Source of the DNA: Podarcis muralis
Taxonomy: Eukaryota
Length of the DNA: 64,000 bases
Reading direction: 5' to 3'
Assembly: GCF_964188315.1 (NCBI RefSeq)
Contig: NC_135667.1
Span: forward strand, 25,544,001-25,608,000
Position numbers and translations under genes: made by a program. Within the stretch, counting starts at the first letter, position 1. Every line of letters starts with the position of its first letter. The notes under the pieces are model-generated. The model had not been told where the DNA came from and searched no databases. It worked only from the letters and a program-made list of their open reading frames with translations. Shown here piece after piece: positions 22,501 through 35,898 of the stretch.

Positions 22501-25500
22501 TTTCATTTTCAGATTTATCTTTAAGAACCAGAATGGCTGCTAGTAATGCATGGTTCCATCATATGCTAACATGCTTTTGAAGTCTTGGGACATGTTATGT
22601 GACTCCAGTCCCACAAATGCATGCCCAATTATCACTATCAAACTGGAAAATTAGGATTAGCATTTGGAATTCATCTTGTTCTACCCATCTCTGTCCAGTC
22701 TTTCAACTATTACCACTAGTGGTGTCCTTCTTCTACACCAATGGACTGGAATATGCTGGAAATATGCTGGAAAGTAGTAAAAAGTTGTAAAAAGTACCAG
22801 GAATGTGGGCGTAGACGAGATTTCATGTATATTAGAGCAATATATATATATATTGGTTATAATGCCACCTAGTGCTTAATGTATCAGTTCAGAGTTAAAT
22901 GAGTTTTGCTTCATGTTTGGATTATTGAATATTACCTGATAGAATTGTTAAGATAAATAATGAAAATATGAGTTGAAATCGGTTTAATTCTAGCATATTT
23001 GTTTACAGTTTTTGACTCACGATGTAACTTTTAATCGCCCTTGTGGATAGCTCAGTCAGTACAACATGAGATGCTTAATCTCAGAGTCATAGGTTCAAAC
23101 CCACATCGGGCAAAAGATTCCTGCATTGCAGGGTGTTAAACTAGATGACCCTCGTGGTCCCTTCCAACTGTACAATTCCATGATTCTATTGTTCTATCTA
23201 CAAACTCACTGTATTTTTTACCTCTGAACTCTGAGTTTGCTCTCTTTATATTTTAAGTGGTTAAACAAAAGACGGGGAGATGTTTTGAAATGTGTTTGAG
23301 AAGAAGGAACAAGAAACATCAGTGAAGCAAATTTTGCAAGTAAAAGCATAGGAACATAAGAAGAGCCTGCTGGATCAGGCTAATGGCCCATCTAGTCTAG
23401 CATCTGTTCACACAATGACCTGTAGGAAACCTGCAAGGGGACCTGAGAACAGGAACACCTTTCGCTCCACCCCATACTATTCAGATGCCTCAGACTGTGG
23501 AGGCAGAACATAGTCATCATAACTAATAGCCATTCTTAGCCTGAACCTCCAAGAATTTGTCCAATCCTCTTTGAAACCATCCAAGTTGGTGGCCATCCTG
23601 TGGGAATAAGTTCCATAGTCTAAGTATGCACTGTGTGAATTACTTTCTTTTATCTGTCTTCATTTTCATCCACGGGTTCCAGTGTTATGTGAGAGGTGGA
23701 AAAACTGCTCTCTATCCATTTTCTCCATGCCAAGCATAATGTTATGAAGTATATAAACTTTTACAAATTTATATAAAGTATCTTCATTTGAGCAATACCT
23801 CAGGAAATTAATTTTGTGTATCATTACTGACATCCAGTACTTCAAGGAACAAGTAGTAGCTGGTAACTGCTATTAACTGGATCCTACCTGGTTAAACCAG
23901 TTGGCCCATGTGATGGCATTCTCATTGATGGTTAATACTTGTTTTGAAGGGGCCCTAGGATCAACCTTTCCAATCTTTACTTTAGATATATTTGAACCAC
24001 ATAAATAGTTGATGATATCAAATCCAGCTACTAACTTCCCATCTTGGTCAAAGGAAATCTTCTGTCCAGCACTGTTGTTAAATGAGATATGTCTCAGAAA
24101 GTGATGGAGCTAGATTGAAAATATAAAGGTTTAGAAAATGATGCAGTTGGGTCATGAAATTGCATTTGTCTCATAATTCCGGCATTTGTTAATTTGTTTT
24201 GCAAAGTTATTGAGCTTTTTAAGAAACCCATTCATGCCCCCTCAAGAGTGACACAGGTTCCAGACCCTACTCACCACATGTTTAAGTCTCTACCTTTCCC
24301 ACCCATCATCAACATAACCTATCAACATAAATATCCACTATACACCACTAACTGTGGCAGCTTGGCATGACAGTATGGAATAGGAGGGGGGGAATGCCTC
24401 TGTAAGCCAATCACAGAAAAGGACAAAAATTATTCTTCCCCCCAAATAAGGCAACCAGTTAAACTCACACTGGGAGGGCAGGTTGGATCCTGTGCTCAGA
24501 AAGAAAGAGGACAAAAAGGCAGAAAACATCACCTTAAATACCTCTGCCCCCCCCCTTGCTGAAATTTTCTAGTATCAGAAACTGGAGTGGCTGCATGCCA
24601 GTCTTTCTGTCCCCGCACAAAAGCAATCCTGCCTGGACCACTTTTGCAGCCAGATGCAGGAGCAAACTTTCCTAAGATTATAAAAGACGTAGCTTCAAAA
24701 TGTGGATTTCTGTACTGGTTACAAAGATTTTAGGGTTCAGCACATACACAACGAATAAGAAAGTAGAGATAGCTTGATGGTTGAATTAAATATGATGGTT
24801 CTAGCTTTCAGAAAGACTAAGGAAGATATAACCATAAGTACTGAAAGAGTATAGGGAGACAGCTTACTTCTCAAATTAGTTTAACTACACCCCATGAGGA
24901 TGTTTAGCTAAGTACCTTCCAATATGGTTGATTCTGAAGCTTCAGATCCCCTTCATCCAGGATTGCTATGTTTTTCAGTCTTGAAGAAGACATGGCATGT
25001 AATGCATGAGCTACAGCATAAACAGCATTGTAGACACTGTAGCTATGGCCAGTCATGCTCATTTCAAAATAGATGGACGGAAGGTCCACCAGCTTCTCCT
25101 CTCCTGTGCAAATTTTCTCAGTCACCTCACCCACTGTTGTATTTGGAAATGCACAATCAAAAGCATGTTGCCAGAAGTCCCTGATGAAACCATCTCTAGA
25201 AGTGCTGAAAGGGTTTCTGCCCTCAGCGAACTGGTGAAATCCTGGCACATCATTGTACTGATATGAGAAGGCTATTGCACCACTGAAAGTTTCCATATCC
25301 CAATTCCTTTGATAGGAGAATGAATTGAGCTCTATCTGGGCTGTTGTTATCCACACTTTGCCTTTGGGTTTCTTTGCCATGTGGTCTACACCTGACAGAA
25401 ATGACAACCATCTGAAAAATGGCAAGGAATAAGATTCCCCACAAGCCACAATTACGTTGGCTTTGCTGTTTCTTATTTTATCATTTATTTCTTTCCCACG

Positions 25501-28126
25501 ATCCACCATGCTGTTAACCTCTGGGATAAAAGTTGGAATGGGGATTCTTTCTATGAAGGCAAGACAGACACCTTTCTGGGGAAACGTTGGAAGCACAGTT
25601 TGCACAAATCTTTCTCCATTGTCAGTATCCATAACAACGGTCCCAATCCACGTCCACCTGAAGTGCAGAAGCAGATGGAGAATCCCATCATACTGAAGGT
25701 CTTCCTTAGGGACCATCTGGTAGAAGAAAAGGCCTGGGGTTTTATAGTTCGTCTCCAGAGCAGGGCTGTATGTTAGCTAAGGATAAATGTAAAGATGAGG
25801 TTGAAGATAAAAAAATCACTTTTGGTGATTTAAACTCCCATTCATTACCCATTAGTGCTAGAGAAATTGGCACTATTGGCACATGTCATTTCTACTCTGA
25901 CAGCCATTTTACTTGCAAAGTTAGTGAACTGTATGAAGGTGTCTCAAATTTAAAGTTGTTTTATGATCTGTCTGCAAGTGATGCATTTTTAGAATAATGA
26001 TCAGAACTTTATTCCGTGAAATTAAGAAGGATGAGATATACTATATAAGCTCCATGCAGGTTTTCTGCAAATATACAATAATCACTGCTCAATAAACAGC
26101 TGGTTTGGAAGCTTCCTAAATTACCTTTTTCCTAGGGCTATTTACAGAGTGGGGTGCATTATGATAATATGTAGTCCTGAAGAATCTCCTTGAGATTCAT
26201 GAATCAATTCACAGTAAATATTCTGAGGGGAAAACAAAGTAATTAAGTACTTTGAACTCAAAGTCAGTGAGAATGTGGCATTTATAGGTTATGAACGGGC
26301 CATACAGACTGTGTTTTCCTGCACACCAGAAGGAAGAATCAGGAGGCCAGTTTTGGTTATATTTATTAAATATAACCAAACATAATTAAGTGCAGTCAGG
26401 TTGAATCTTTGCAGACTGGTGAAAACACCAAACTCTGCAAAACTACCCCAGCTGAACTCCATCAGTTTAATCGCATGGGTTGAAGCAGTTTCCCATCTCT
26501 CATTAAATGGGATCCCTGGGAGTTTGTGACTTGACTGGTATACCCCACCGCTGTTGGTACATGTTACACAGGGGGCATCCAGAAGGCCAGACAGGGCACC
26601 ATACCAAACAGCCTTCTAAGCTGGTTGGCAGTGAAAGGAGTGCTCATACCTAAGCATAGAAACATTGGATGCTTGATGATGATCAAATCCACTTACCAGT
26701 TTAGGAAATGAAACAGAGAAATTCATAAAGCTCATCTGTATCAGTAGAGGGTAACGTGGAGTAGGCAAAAAGAAGCAAAAAAAAACCCCTAACATTGATT
26801 TTAAAATATCCCAGAAATTGCAGTTTACACCCTGTATAGTCAAATGCCTAGTCCCATATTGCCAAACATTGGAAAGGTAGATGGCATGAAGATTTAAAAA
26901 ATAAGAGGTTGTGGGTGGCACTGCCATTAAAATGAGGATGCACTTCCCAATCTGATTGACCCCTTGTACCATGTGAAATCCTGCTTAGTCACTTCTTCCA
27001 GAAGGAAGACTCCCATGATTTCCTTAATAAAAGAGAAAGAGAGTAGCAAACTTGCTCTCATCCAAAGAATAGGGCTAGCACCTAAAAATGATGAGGATGA
27101 TGTTGATTTAAATTTGTGTACCACCCTTCATCTGAAGCTCTCAGGGTGGTTCACTGCATAAAAATGTACAAAACATAAAATGCACAATAAAAATGAGAAG
27201 AAAAACAAAATAAAACAATAACACCCCTCTCCCACAGATGACACTAACATGTAAGATAAGATTCATTTGTTGCCTTCAAAAGCATCCATTGCACCCAACT
27301 ATGACTAAGGAGTTGTGAAGGAATTGTAAACTTGTCATACTCTTATTTGCATATCTTACCTGTGGAATCTTGTGCATATCCAAGAAAATGGCCATATTAG
27401 AAGAAATTTGGGAATCCAGACCACCAATTACTGCAGTTAGCTTATTACGTAGATCACAGTTGTAGTTTGGGGAAAATCTCTCCAAACTGTACATGAGCAG
27501 CATTGTAGAATGGTAGGTCCACATAGAATTGTAATAGTTGTCATAGATGTGGAAGCCCAAGGTAACATTGGGTAAGATCTGAGAGTTTTCATTAATCTCC
27601 TTCACTGCGAAGACCAAGGCCACAATATGCTGGTAATTCTTAGGCAATACTCTAGAATGAGAGTTACATTTTATATCAGAAGGATATTCTACAATTTATC
27701 ATCATCAATATGCACATATAATCACCATATTAAAAAAAACACAGAACACATAATAAAACCAAAACCAAAGACAACCTAATAATCCCCCCTCCCACAAGAC
27801 ATTTTAAAAAGGCATCAGATGACAATCAGCCCAAGACTTGCTTACCACCAATCATTCTACTTCTAAGATAAATGAAGCCAATATTAAGTAAAAAAATTAA
27901 ACCCTTACAAAAAATCTTCCATCAGTGGCTGTGGAGGTTCTATCGTGAAATCTGGTGAGAAGGAGATGAAGCCACCATGGGAAACAACAGCACCAATGAG
28001 GAGGTCTCCTGATTGATGATACTTGTGGAATGGAGGGTGTGGATACCAGACCCTGCATTTAACAGTGTGAGCCTTGCATGCTATGTGAGGGAGCAGAATG
28101 AGCATCCATAACACCAAGAGAACCAT
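19504..28126 (-). CDS. Vomeronasal type-2 receptor (V2R-2), six coding exons, intact (~874 aa)
   Basis: Exons: 28126-27909 (218), 27651-27360 (292), 25776-24916 (861), 24109-23888 (222), 22427-22301 (127), 20408-19504 (905). GT/AG boundaries, no in-frame stops found. Confidence 0.9.
23044..23169 (+). mobile_element. tRNA-derived SINE with CR1-type 3' tail
   Basis: A-box-like (TAGCTCAGTCAG) and B-box-like (GGTTCAAACCC) head joined to GATTCCTGCATTGCAGGG...GGTCCCTTCCAACT...ATTCTAT. Confidence 0.75.
23347..23742 (-). mobile_element. CR1/L2-group LINE 3' fragment
   Basis: Begins CATAGGAACATAAGAAGAGCCTGCTGGATCAGGC, the reverse complement of a common reptile LINE 3' terminus. Confidence 0.65.
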
Positions 28127-28577
28127 TATCCCCAGCACAAGTTCAATTTTTCCATCTACATGCAGATTCTCCTGTTGAAGTCTATAAAACAGTCCCAACA
28201 GCCTGCAAGATTACAATGGCCTAATCTGAATGTTCAAACAGTCCTTAAGTCTGCAATTGCAAATAGAAAGACCTGAGGATCATTCTGATGAATAAATGCC
28301 TCATTTTAGTTGCTAGCCCACCCTCTAAGTGCTAGAGGATATACTTATGGCATCCTTCATGGTATATATTGTTAATTTAATTAACAGAAACCACAACTAA
28401 GTTCCTTTTTTTGTTTTTGTTTCGGCAAGCAGCAGTTAATTATAATACTCATCATGATAATAAATGTAACTACAACTACACAGATGACATTTTGGCTTGT
28501 TCGTTGCTTTTTATTTTTGACATGCAGCAACTAATTGCACTCCTCATGATAATGAATGGCATCAAGAATTCAAAATT

Positions 28578-28626
28578 GGAAATTCCCTGAGAAATTGCAC
28601 AAGAAAACATGTTTGCCACATCTGAA
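28578..28626 (-). promoter_or_regulatory. Conserved V2R upstream motif, V2R-2 copy
   Basis: Minus strand TTCAGATGTGGCAAACATGTTTTCTTGTGCAATTTCTCAGGGAATTTCC. Confidence 0.55.
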
Positions 28627-28730
28627 AAGGGTGTTTCCTCATGCACCTAGTTTGATAGGAAATTATAGAATGTAAATGTTTCTGGGGACTTACAGGAAGG
28701 ATCAGACACCAGAAAAACAAGGCCTCAGTC

Positions 28731-28895
28731 TATAGCTGTCAACTTTCAGATTTGAAAATAAGGGATCAGCAGCCTCACCTGTCCTGGGGACAGTCTACAA
28801 TATATCTAACAATCCAGGGTAGCAGTGGGAAGCAGTGGGAAATGGCACTGGAATAAGGGAATTTCCCGCAAAAAAAGGAAAGGTTGACAGCTATG
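28731..28895. mobile_element. hAT-type MITE (165 bp)
   Basis: TIRs (T/C)ATAGCTGTCAAC with an exact 8-bp TSD CCTCAGTC (28723-28730, 28896-28903). Confidence 0.85.
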
Positions 28896-29074
28896 CCTCA
28901 GTCTGGAAACAGAGGAATTTATTTATTTGTGTATTAAATGTATATACTACCCATCCTCCTAAAGGAGCCCAAAAATTCAATCTTGTCTCCTTTAAAATGT
29001 GCTTTAGTAATTTTGCACTTAGTTTATAAATCAATAAAGCAAACACGACAGCATAGAAATAGCAGATCACATCA

Positions 29075-29249
29075 GGTGTGCCGACTTGAATGAAATATTG
29101 TGGGGGCCCAGGTAAGCCCCGCCCTGCAAAATTGATCACATGACACAGTACAGACACACCATTTGAATGGGAATGCCCATCAACTTTGTGGGGCCCTGGC
29201 CCCTTAAATATTTATTGTGGGGGCTGAAGCCCCCATGGCCTCTAGGAGT

Positions 29250-29252
<3 letters not shown>
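29075..29252. mobile_element. Probable small non-autonomous DNA element, right end interrupted
   Basis: Left GTGCCGACTT and right AGTTGG partial inverted ends; the right end runs into the (AAT)n tail of the adjacent LINE fragment. Confidence 0.35.
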
Positions 29253-29307
<55 letters not shown>

Positions 29308-29368
29308 TTATTTCTAACCCGCCCATCTGGCTGGGTTTTCCCAGCCACTCTGGGCAGCTTCCAACAAA
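29253..29368 (-). mobile_element. LINE (L2-like) 3' terminus with (TTA)n tail; (AAT)n at 29253-29306
   Basis: Reverse complement GGAAGCTGCCCAGAGTGGCTGGG...CCAGATGGGCGGGTTAGAAATAAA(TTA)n matches the terminus at 6620-6670. Confidence 0.65.
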
Positions 29369-30949
29369 AGATTAAAAATACATGTTGTATGGATCACATG
29401 TTGATGGATAGTAGACGTAAATAATATAAGTGACTACTGTATCTTATACTTCACAGAAGAACTACAAACGTAGGATATAAGCTGAAAAGAAGCTAAAATG
29501 GGGGTGCATTTAAAATATTAATATAACTCTACAAAAATCATACCATTCTCACATATTTTATATGTCTGCCAAGGCTGTTGTGAAGTAGTGCAACAGCTGT
29601 GCCCTGTTACTATAATAAATAAGTTTAAATTATTTAATATTAAACTACTAATATAAATAAATCTTCTAGTGAATTCTAGGTTGTTGATGTGTGTGTCTGC
29701 TTTTATCAAATGCAGATATAAGAATAACAACATTCCAATATGTCTTCTTCATGCTTATATACAAATACCATTCGTTAAAAATGCATAGCTACAGATTTAA
29801 AGGCAATTATGCTCTCTGATTGTCACAATGTTGACTGTGCCATTTCAAAAAAAGAAGGGGGGGATCCGTTTTGTTCTCCCTTATTTTTTAGCTACCAGAA
29901 CTTTGACCTGACTCATAAATAAATATTCCCAACTGGAAATAGGCTAGTGATACAAATTAATCCCTATTGTTCATGCAATCAAATTATTATGGCACTGCTA
30001 AATATAAATATTTTGCTACTAATTAGTTCAACAATTTGCTTATTTATTGGTTTGCCAAGGACGCATCATTTTAGCTACTCTCTCAGAATAAAGCACCACG
30101 AGAACTAGTTTTCCCCAACGGGGATATATATATATGAATCTGAAATAACCTATAATCTATGATAGATACATAGCCAAGACCTGCAAGATGCATTTAGAAG
30201 ACAATGTGTTGAAAGGTAAAACAAAATTCATTTATTTAGCTGCCTTTCCTTTAAATATTTTAAAAAGACAAACTTTGAGTTGGATCCAGACTCAATTCTA
30301 CAGCAAAATCCACCAGCATGAGTGGAGTTAGGATCCAGCAGATCTCTGATTGAGCTGGGAGGTTCCCAGAACACCCAGACTACACCAGCTTATCTCCCCA
30401 TCCTTATCTCATCTGAGCTGGGATCCAGCCATCTGAGTTGAGCCTGGAGAATCTTAAATTGGTATAAGCTCTAAAACAGATGAGGGGGGGAATAGAGGGG
30501 AGGGAGACTTAGGTTGGATTTCAAACCCTTTCAGCTCAGTCATGTGTCCTGGAGACCTGGTGTACAATAAGCCAACAAGATGGGGGGTATAACTCAAAAC
30601 ACATTTTAAAGGCGTCTTTCCCTCCTGTCATATTTAGGCTGGCTTAGCCAGAAGTAGCCTGCCCCTGAACAGAGTTTGGATCTGATGTACTTTTTGCCAG
30701 TTCAGTTTACACTGGGCTTGCTTCACACAAGCTTCCTGTGCATAGGATTGTTCCATTAGTCATGCTAAGTAGAGCCATTGAAATCTTGCCTGCTTTGTTC
30801 ACCTTCAAAGGTTAGCTCTTGCTCCCTGGGAAGGGGTCACTGTGAGTGGATCCACAACATCAGGAGAGCAGCAGGTTCCCTGAACAATCAGGTCTAGTTT
30901 CCCTTTGTATGACAGAGCACCAGAGACTTGGTTTTAGAAATATAACAAT

Positions 30950-31398
30950 TAGAACATGTGCAGAGGAGGGCAACTAAGAAGATCAAGGGTCTGGAAACCA
31001 AGCCTTATGAGGAATGGTTGAGGGAGTTGGATATGTTTAACCTGGAAAAGAGGAGACAGAGAGGAGATATGATAGCCATCCTCATATATCTCAAAGGTTG
31101 CCACATGGAAGGTGGAGAAGCTCTCCTGCTCCACAGAGTAGGACCAGAACCAATGGCTTCAAGTCACAAAAAAGGAGATTCCGACTAAATATAAGGAATA
31201 ACTTTCTAATGGCAAGAGCTGTTTGATACAGGAACAGACTCTCTCGGAAAGTGGTAGACTTTCTTTCATTTGAGATTTTTAAGCAGAGGTTGGGTGACCA
31301 TCTGTCATGGATGCTTTAGTTGAGATTCCTGCATTGTGAGGGGCTGGACTACATTGCCCTTGGGATACTATCCAGCTGTACAGTTCTATGAGTCTATG
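30950..31398 (+). mobile_element. CR1 LINE 3' fragment
   Basis: [38 protein letters not shown] (CR1 ORF2 C-terminus) followed by a CR1 3' UTR ending TTCTATGAGTCTATGA. Confidence 0.9.
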
Positions 31399-31861
31399 AA
31401 TTTTGTCCAAAGGTTCTGGGAAAGTTTGAGGAATCAAAGATTACACGCCTCTATATTAGGGGTAGCTATTTTCCGATCATCCTCTGCCAGGATGGTCAGT
31501 GGTCAGGATGGGAGTTGTGATCCAACAACAGCAAAAAGCACCATGTTGGCTACCCCTGCTCTACGTATTCAAATATTAAAATTTTGCAGAATGTACAAAT
31601 GTGCAAAATTTATACTAGGAAATACTTCTTGGAAGCAGCCCAGCTGCCACTCACCCGAAGAACAATGGAGGTGAGATTCCTACATAACTAAATGTGCAAA
31701 TGGCTTATGAAGAGAGTTAACTGGAAAGAAGTTTTCGTATTGCTCAATATGATTGTACATTCCATTTGATTATAGGGAGTCAAATTATTCAGATTCTGTT
31801 AAACAGATACCCTGCTCTGCTTGTCTTCCTCTTCCTCATCAACCGTGTGTCTGTTTTTCAG

Positions 31862-32811
31862 GTGGAAATGCAAGCCCTAATCAAACAGTGATCACAGAAT
31901 TTATTCTCCTGGGATTTGGGAACCTTCATGAGCTAAGAATGCCTACATTTGTAATATTTCTTGTGGTCTACATAGCAACATTAATGGGGAATATAATGAT
32001 CACAGCGGTTGTGTTAACTGACCACAGCCTTCATACCCCCATGTACTTCTTCCTGGGAAACCTCTCTTTCTTGGAAATATGGTACACCACTAGTGTGGTT
32101 CCGAAGATGCTGAAAACATTACTGACTGCCCATGAGGCCATTTCCTTCTCAGCTTGTCTCCTCCAGTTTTACATCTTTGGCTCACTGGCAGTTACCGAGT
32201 GTTTTCTTCTAGCAGCAATGTCCTATGATCGCTATGTAGCCATATGCCAACCACTGCATTATGGAAACTTAATGAACTTCAGAGTGTGCGTTCAGCTAGC
32301 GATAGGGTCATGGGTTGGTGGGTTTATTTCCTTATTTGTCACCATGCCAATGGTTTCTGTGCTGCCTTTCTGTGCCTCTAATAAGATTGATCATTTCTTC
32401 TGTGATTTGGCACCTGTGGTTAAACTTGCCTGTGGAGACACACGACTGGTGAGAATCCTTTCTTTCCTTATTGCTTCTCTTGTATCCTTCTCTCCATTCC
32501 TTCTTACCATTCTGTCATACTGTAAAATCATCTCCACCATCCTCAAGATCCCATCTGCCAAAAGCAAACAAAAAGCCTTTTCCACCTGCTCCTCACATCT
32601 CATTGTGGTTACAGTGTTCTATGGGACACTGATGGTGGTGTATGGTGTACCTACAACAACTTGGTATCCCAACTTAAGCAAAGTCTTTTCTGTGCTCTAT
32701 ATAGTTGGGACACCAATGGTCAATCCTATTATATACAGCCTGAGGAACAAGGATGTCCAGAATGCATTGAGGAAACTGTTGACTAGAAATCCTGCACTGG
32801 CATGTGAATGA
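31862..32811 (+). pseudogene. Olfactory receptor (class II), body intact but start codon out of frame by 1 nt; pseudogene or sequence error
   Basis: LHTPMYFFLGNLS, MSYDRYVAIC, KAFSTCSSHL, PMVNPIIYSLRN. The ATG at 31868 is out of frame with NQT...EFILLG; the first in-frame ATG is 31939. Confidence 0.7.
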
Positions 32812-33917
32812 AAACTTTGACACACCCTTTGAATGTGGGGAACAACAAAGTATCTGCTAATTTGTATTTTAAAATGATGTCTACCATATTTGGCAGATAT
32901 AGGTATGTAGGATATTTTCAACATACTTATATAAGCACCATTTATTTCTTTACAAAATCTACTTTTTGAAAGGTTGAGTTATCTCATTTCGCTTGTTTTA
33001 CAGCCAATGGTAATCTATAATGCTCATAAGTGATCCTTATAGGCAGCCCTTCATGCAACTTGAGTGTGATGAGTTGTATGTGATGGAGTGGACCACCTAA
33101 CCCAGCATTAGTTACTATAGCAAGGATTTGAAACTGAGGTTTCCTGACTTCATTTTGAAGACAGGTACTGGAAGTCAAAACAAGGATCTTTACCCTACAA
33201 AGCACGTGCATTTTACTCTCAGTCTAGAAGTGTCAACTTTTTATTAATCTGTGGGTTGAACAAGAATGCAAGAAGTATTATCAGAATGTTGGCTTTGTGA
33301 GGGAGAGAAGAGCATTGTGTGGAGAGGGATCTTTAAATATTTTTTTAATAAAAAAATTGTCATATACTATTTCTTGATTGGTTGATTGGTTTGTTGGTTT
33401 CCCTTGGGTAATTTCAAACTCTACTCTCCCTTGCTGTGCTGTAGAACAGCAGATTTGTCATCATCTTCCAGGGCACAAGATGCTCCTTCCTTTTGGAAGT
33501 TGACGAAGCAGTAACTAAGCTTCCAAGTTTTACTGTTGTTTGTCATTAGTATGTTATAGTGGAATTTGAAGATGTGGGATGATAATAAAGTAGAGACGGT
33601 ATTTGGTTTTCCTTTAATGGTATTTTCTCCTTTATATGTTTTACGAGTCTTGTACAACTTTGCGATCAGAGATAAGCTCATGGAATTCAACAGAGCTTAC
33701 TCCCAAGTACATAGGATTGTAGTCATGACACATGGTTGATCATGGAGATAGATCCAGGTCTCCTCCAACAATTTCCAAGATGCTACCTACACCACATTAC
33801 ATTTTGGAGTCCCAGTTGGCTAGAGGGTTTGTTATGATGAGCTCCTAACTTCAAAATTCACCACTACAACACTGGTCCCTTATTATCTAACCAAAGGGAA
33901 TTAAAAAGTGACAGTTC

Positions 33918-34031
33918 TGAATATGTGACAAACACATTTTCTCCAGCATTTCCACTGGGAATACCTAGCACTTAATGAATAACTACTTTCCTGTTTGATT
34001 ATTAAGAGGACTATAATTAAAGCTGCTGCTT
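33918..34031 (+). promoter_or_regulatory. Conserved V2R upstream motifs, V2R-3 copy
   Basis: ATGTGACAAACACATTTTCTCCAGCATTTCCACTGGGAATACC, then CTATAATTAAAGCTGCTGCTT at 34011-34031. Confidence 0.55.
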
Positions 34032-34259
34032 CTCAAAAATCCTTGTGGATGTTCAGTGATAACTGTCAAAGGATACTATAAATCAAATCAGAATAGATAG
34101 GGTCTGGTATCCAAATGTCTAAGTTTGAGACGCCCAAATTGAAGCCTTTTAGGAAACTAAATTACCAAAGTAGACAATTTTCATCTTGGAGATGCTGCTC
34201 ATAATATTGCCAGGAAAATAGTGGTTTCTGTGTAGAATGAAGATTGTATTGTATTAAGG

Positions 34260-35863
34260 ATGGTTGTTTTAGTAATCTTTCTGCTGGAACTATTTCCTGA
34301 CATGGTATGTCAGGCTCACATAGCAAAATGCAGGCTCCAAGGTCCTCATCGTCCACTTCACATCTATCATCAGCCAGGAGATTTCATCATCGGTGGCATT
34401 GTTTCCCATGGTGGCTTCTTATCCACTTCAGCAACATTCATGGAGGAACCTCCACCTGTACTGCCTGAAGAACTTGTGTAAGAACTCAGCCTCTCATGAT
34501 CAATCTCAGAGCAGCAGCTTCAGAACAATGGCTGATGCTGCAAATGTCAACTCAGTTATCTTTGATTTAAATATAACATACTGATCTGAAAACTCACATG
34601 AATCAGCTGTGGAAAAAAGGAATAGTTTAGTTCTCGGTAGGGGTGTATAGCAGTCTAGTAGCGCAGTAGTAAACTCAACTGAATTCAATATGATTAACTT
34701 CTGAGTACATATTTAAATGTTCCAAGTGTTGAAGATGCTTCTGAAACAATCTGCAACTCTCATTCTAGGGTGGTGCCCAAGGTTTACCAGCACATCCTGG
34801 CGTTGGCATTTGCAGTCAAGGAGATCAATGGATGCTCCCACATTTTACCCAATATCACCTTGGGCTTCCACATCTATGACAGCTATACTAATGCAAGGAA
34901 GACGTATCTTGCCACACTGATACTTTTATCCAAGCTGGAGAAATGTGTCCCCAACTATGTATGTGATACTGAAAATAATCTGACTGGGGTTATTGGGGGA
35001 CTCAACTCTGAAATCTCCTTTTATGTGGCAACCATTTTGGATATCTATAAGATTCCACAGGTAGGACACTTATGTGCAACACCTCTATTAGATTGCAAAG
35101 AGGAAAAGAAGAGGCTAGGTGCCCAGCACCAATTCAGGGTGTAGGTCCCCCATTCCAGAAAGGACCCTTTTATCCCAAGCATTCCTTGTAGGAGAGGGAA
35201 CTTTCTACTATCCACCCTTTCATTTCTACTATGCACATTAATGACAACATTGCTTTGCAGTAAACTAGCATGGGAGGGGAGAATAATTCATTCTCTATTT
35301 CAACCCCCTCCCCTTTCCAGGAGACTGATATCCCAAGGTCCACTGGTGGGATAATGGGCTTCTCCCTTACCACCTATGTTTGGGTATGCAGCATTTTCTA
35401 CTTAGCGAAGAAGGCATGTGCATTCAGTGTGTGTGTGTGGGGGGAGGTTTCAGGATTCAAATACACAGGTAATTGGCACTAAAATCCTTCTCCCTCCTCA
35501 ACACACCATCCCTCAAAAGTAATGGGTTTGGGGAAGATTAAACACATAATGAAGTTGTGTTAAGTAGCAGAAACAATCAAGCTTTGCTGGAAAGGAGTAA
35601 TAGTAGTGAACAGCTGGTTCACAATTGAAATGTGGTTTCATAAAAGAAGTGTGAGGAATCATGTGAAAAGGAGGCAGAAATTTCAGTTTTGCTCTGGGCT
35701 GGGGTCTGTGCATCATGAATAAGAAAGGAGAAGCTCTGGAAAAATAAATCCCCAACTTACAATACTGACAAATCTAAAAACTTATGCACGGGTATTATTG
35801 GGGCCTGATGTGCCCCTCCCATCAATTTTATTCAATCCACAAGACCTACCAAAGTCAGCAATC

Positions 35864-35898
<35 letters not shown>

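Noticed and set aside
23044-23110. tRNA-like sequences here and at the heads of the SINEs near 50300-50379 and 50726-50800
   Set aside because: These are SINE heads with degenerate stems, fused to LINE-derived tails, not tRNA genes.
26280-26970. Possible Gypsy integrase/chromodomain remnant on the minus strand ([14 protein letters not shown])
   Set aside because: The similarity is too weak to support by eye and no LTR pair or TSD was found. A tBLASTn/HMM search would be needed.
31753-31861. 352-aa OR with a long N-terminal extension, as given in the ORF track
   Set aside because: The ORF starts at TTG and runs through a polypyrimidine tract and AG acceptor at 31861, so the extension is intronic.
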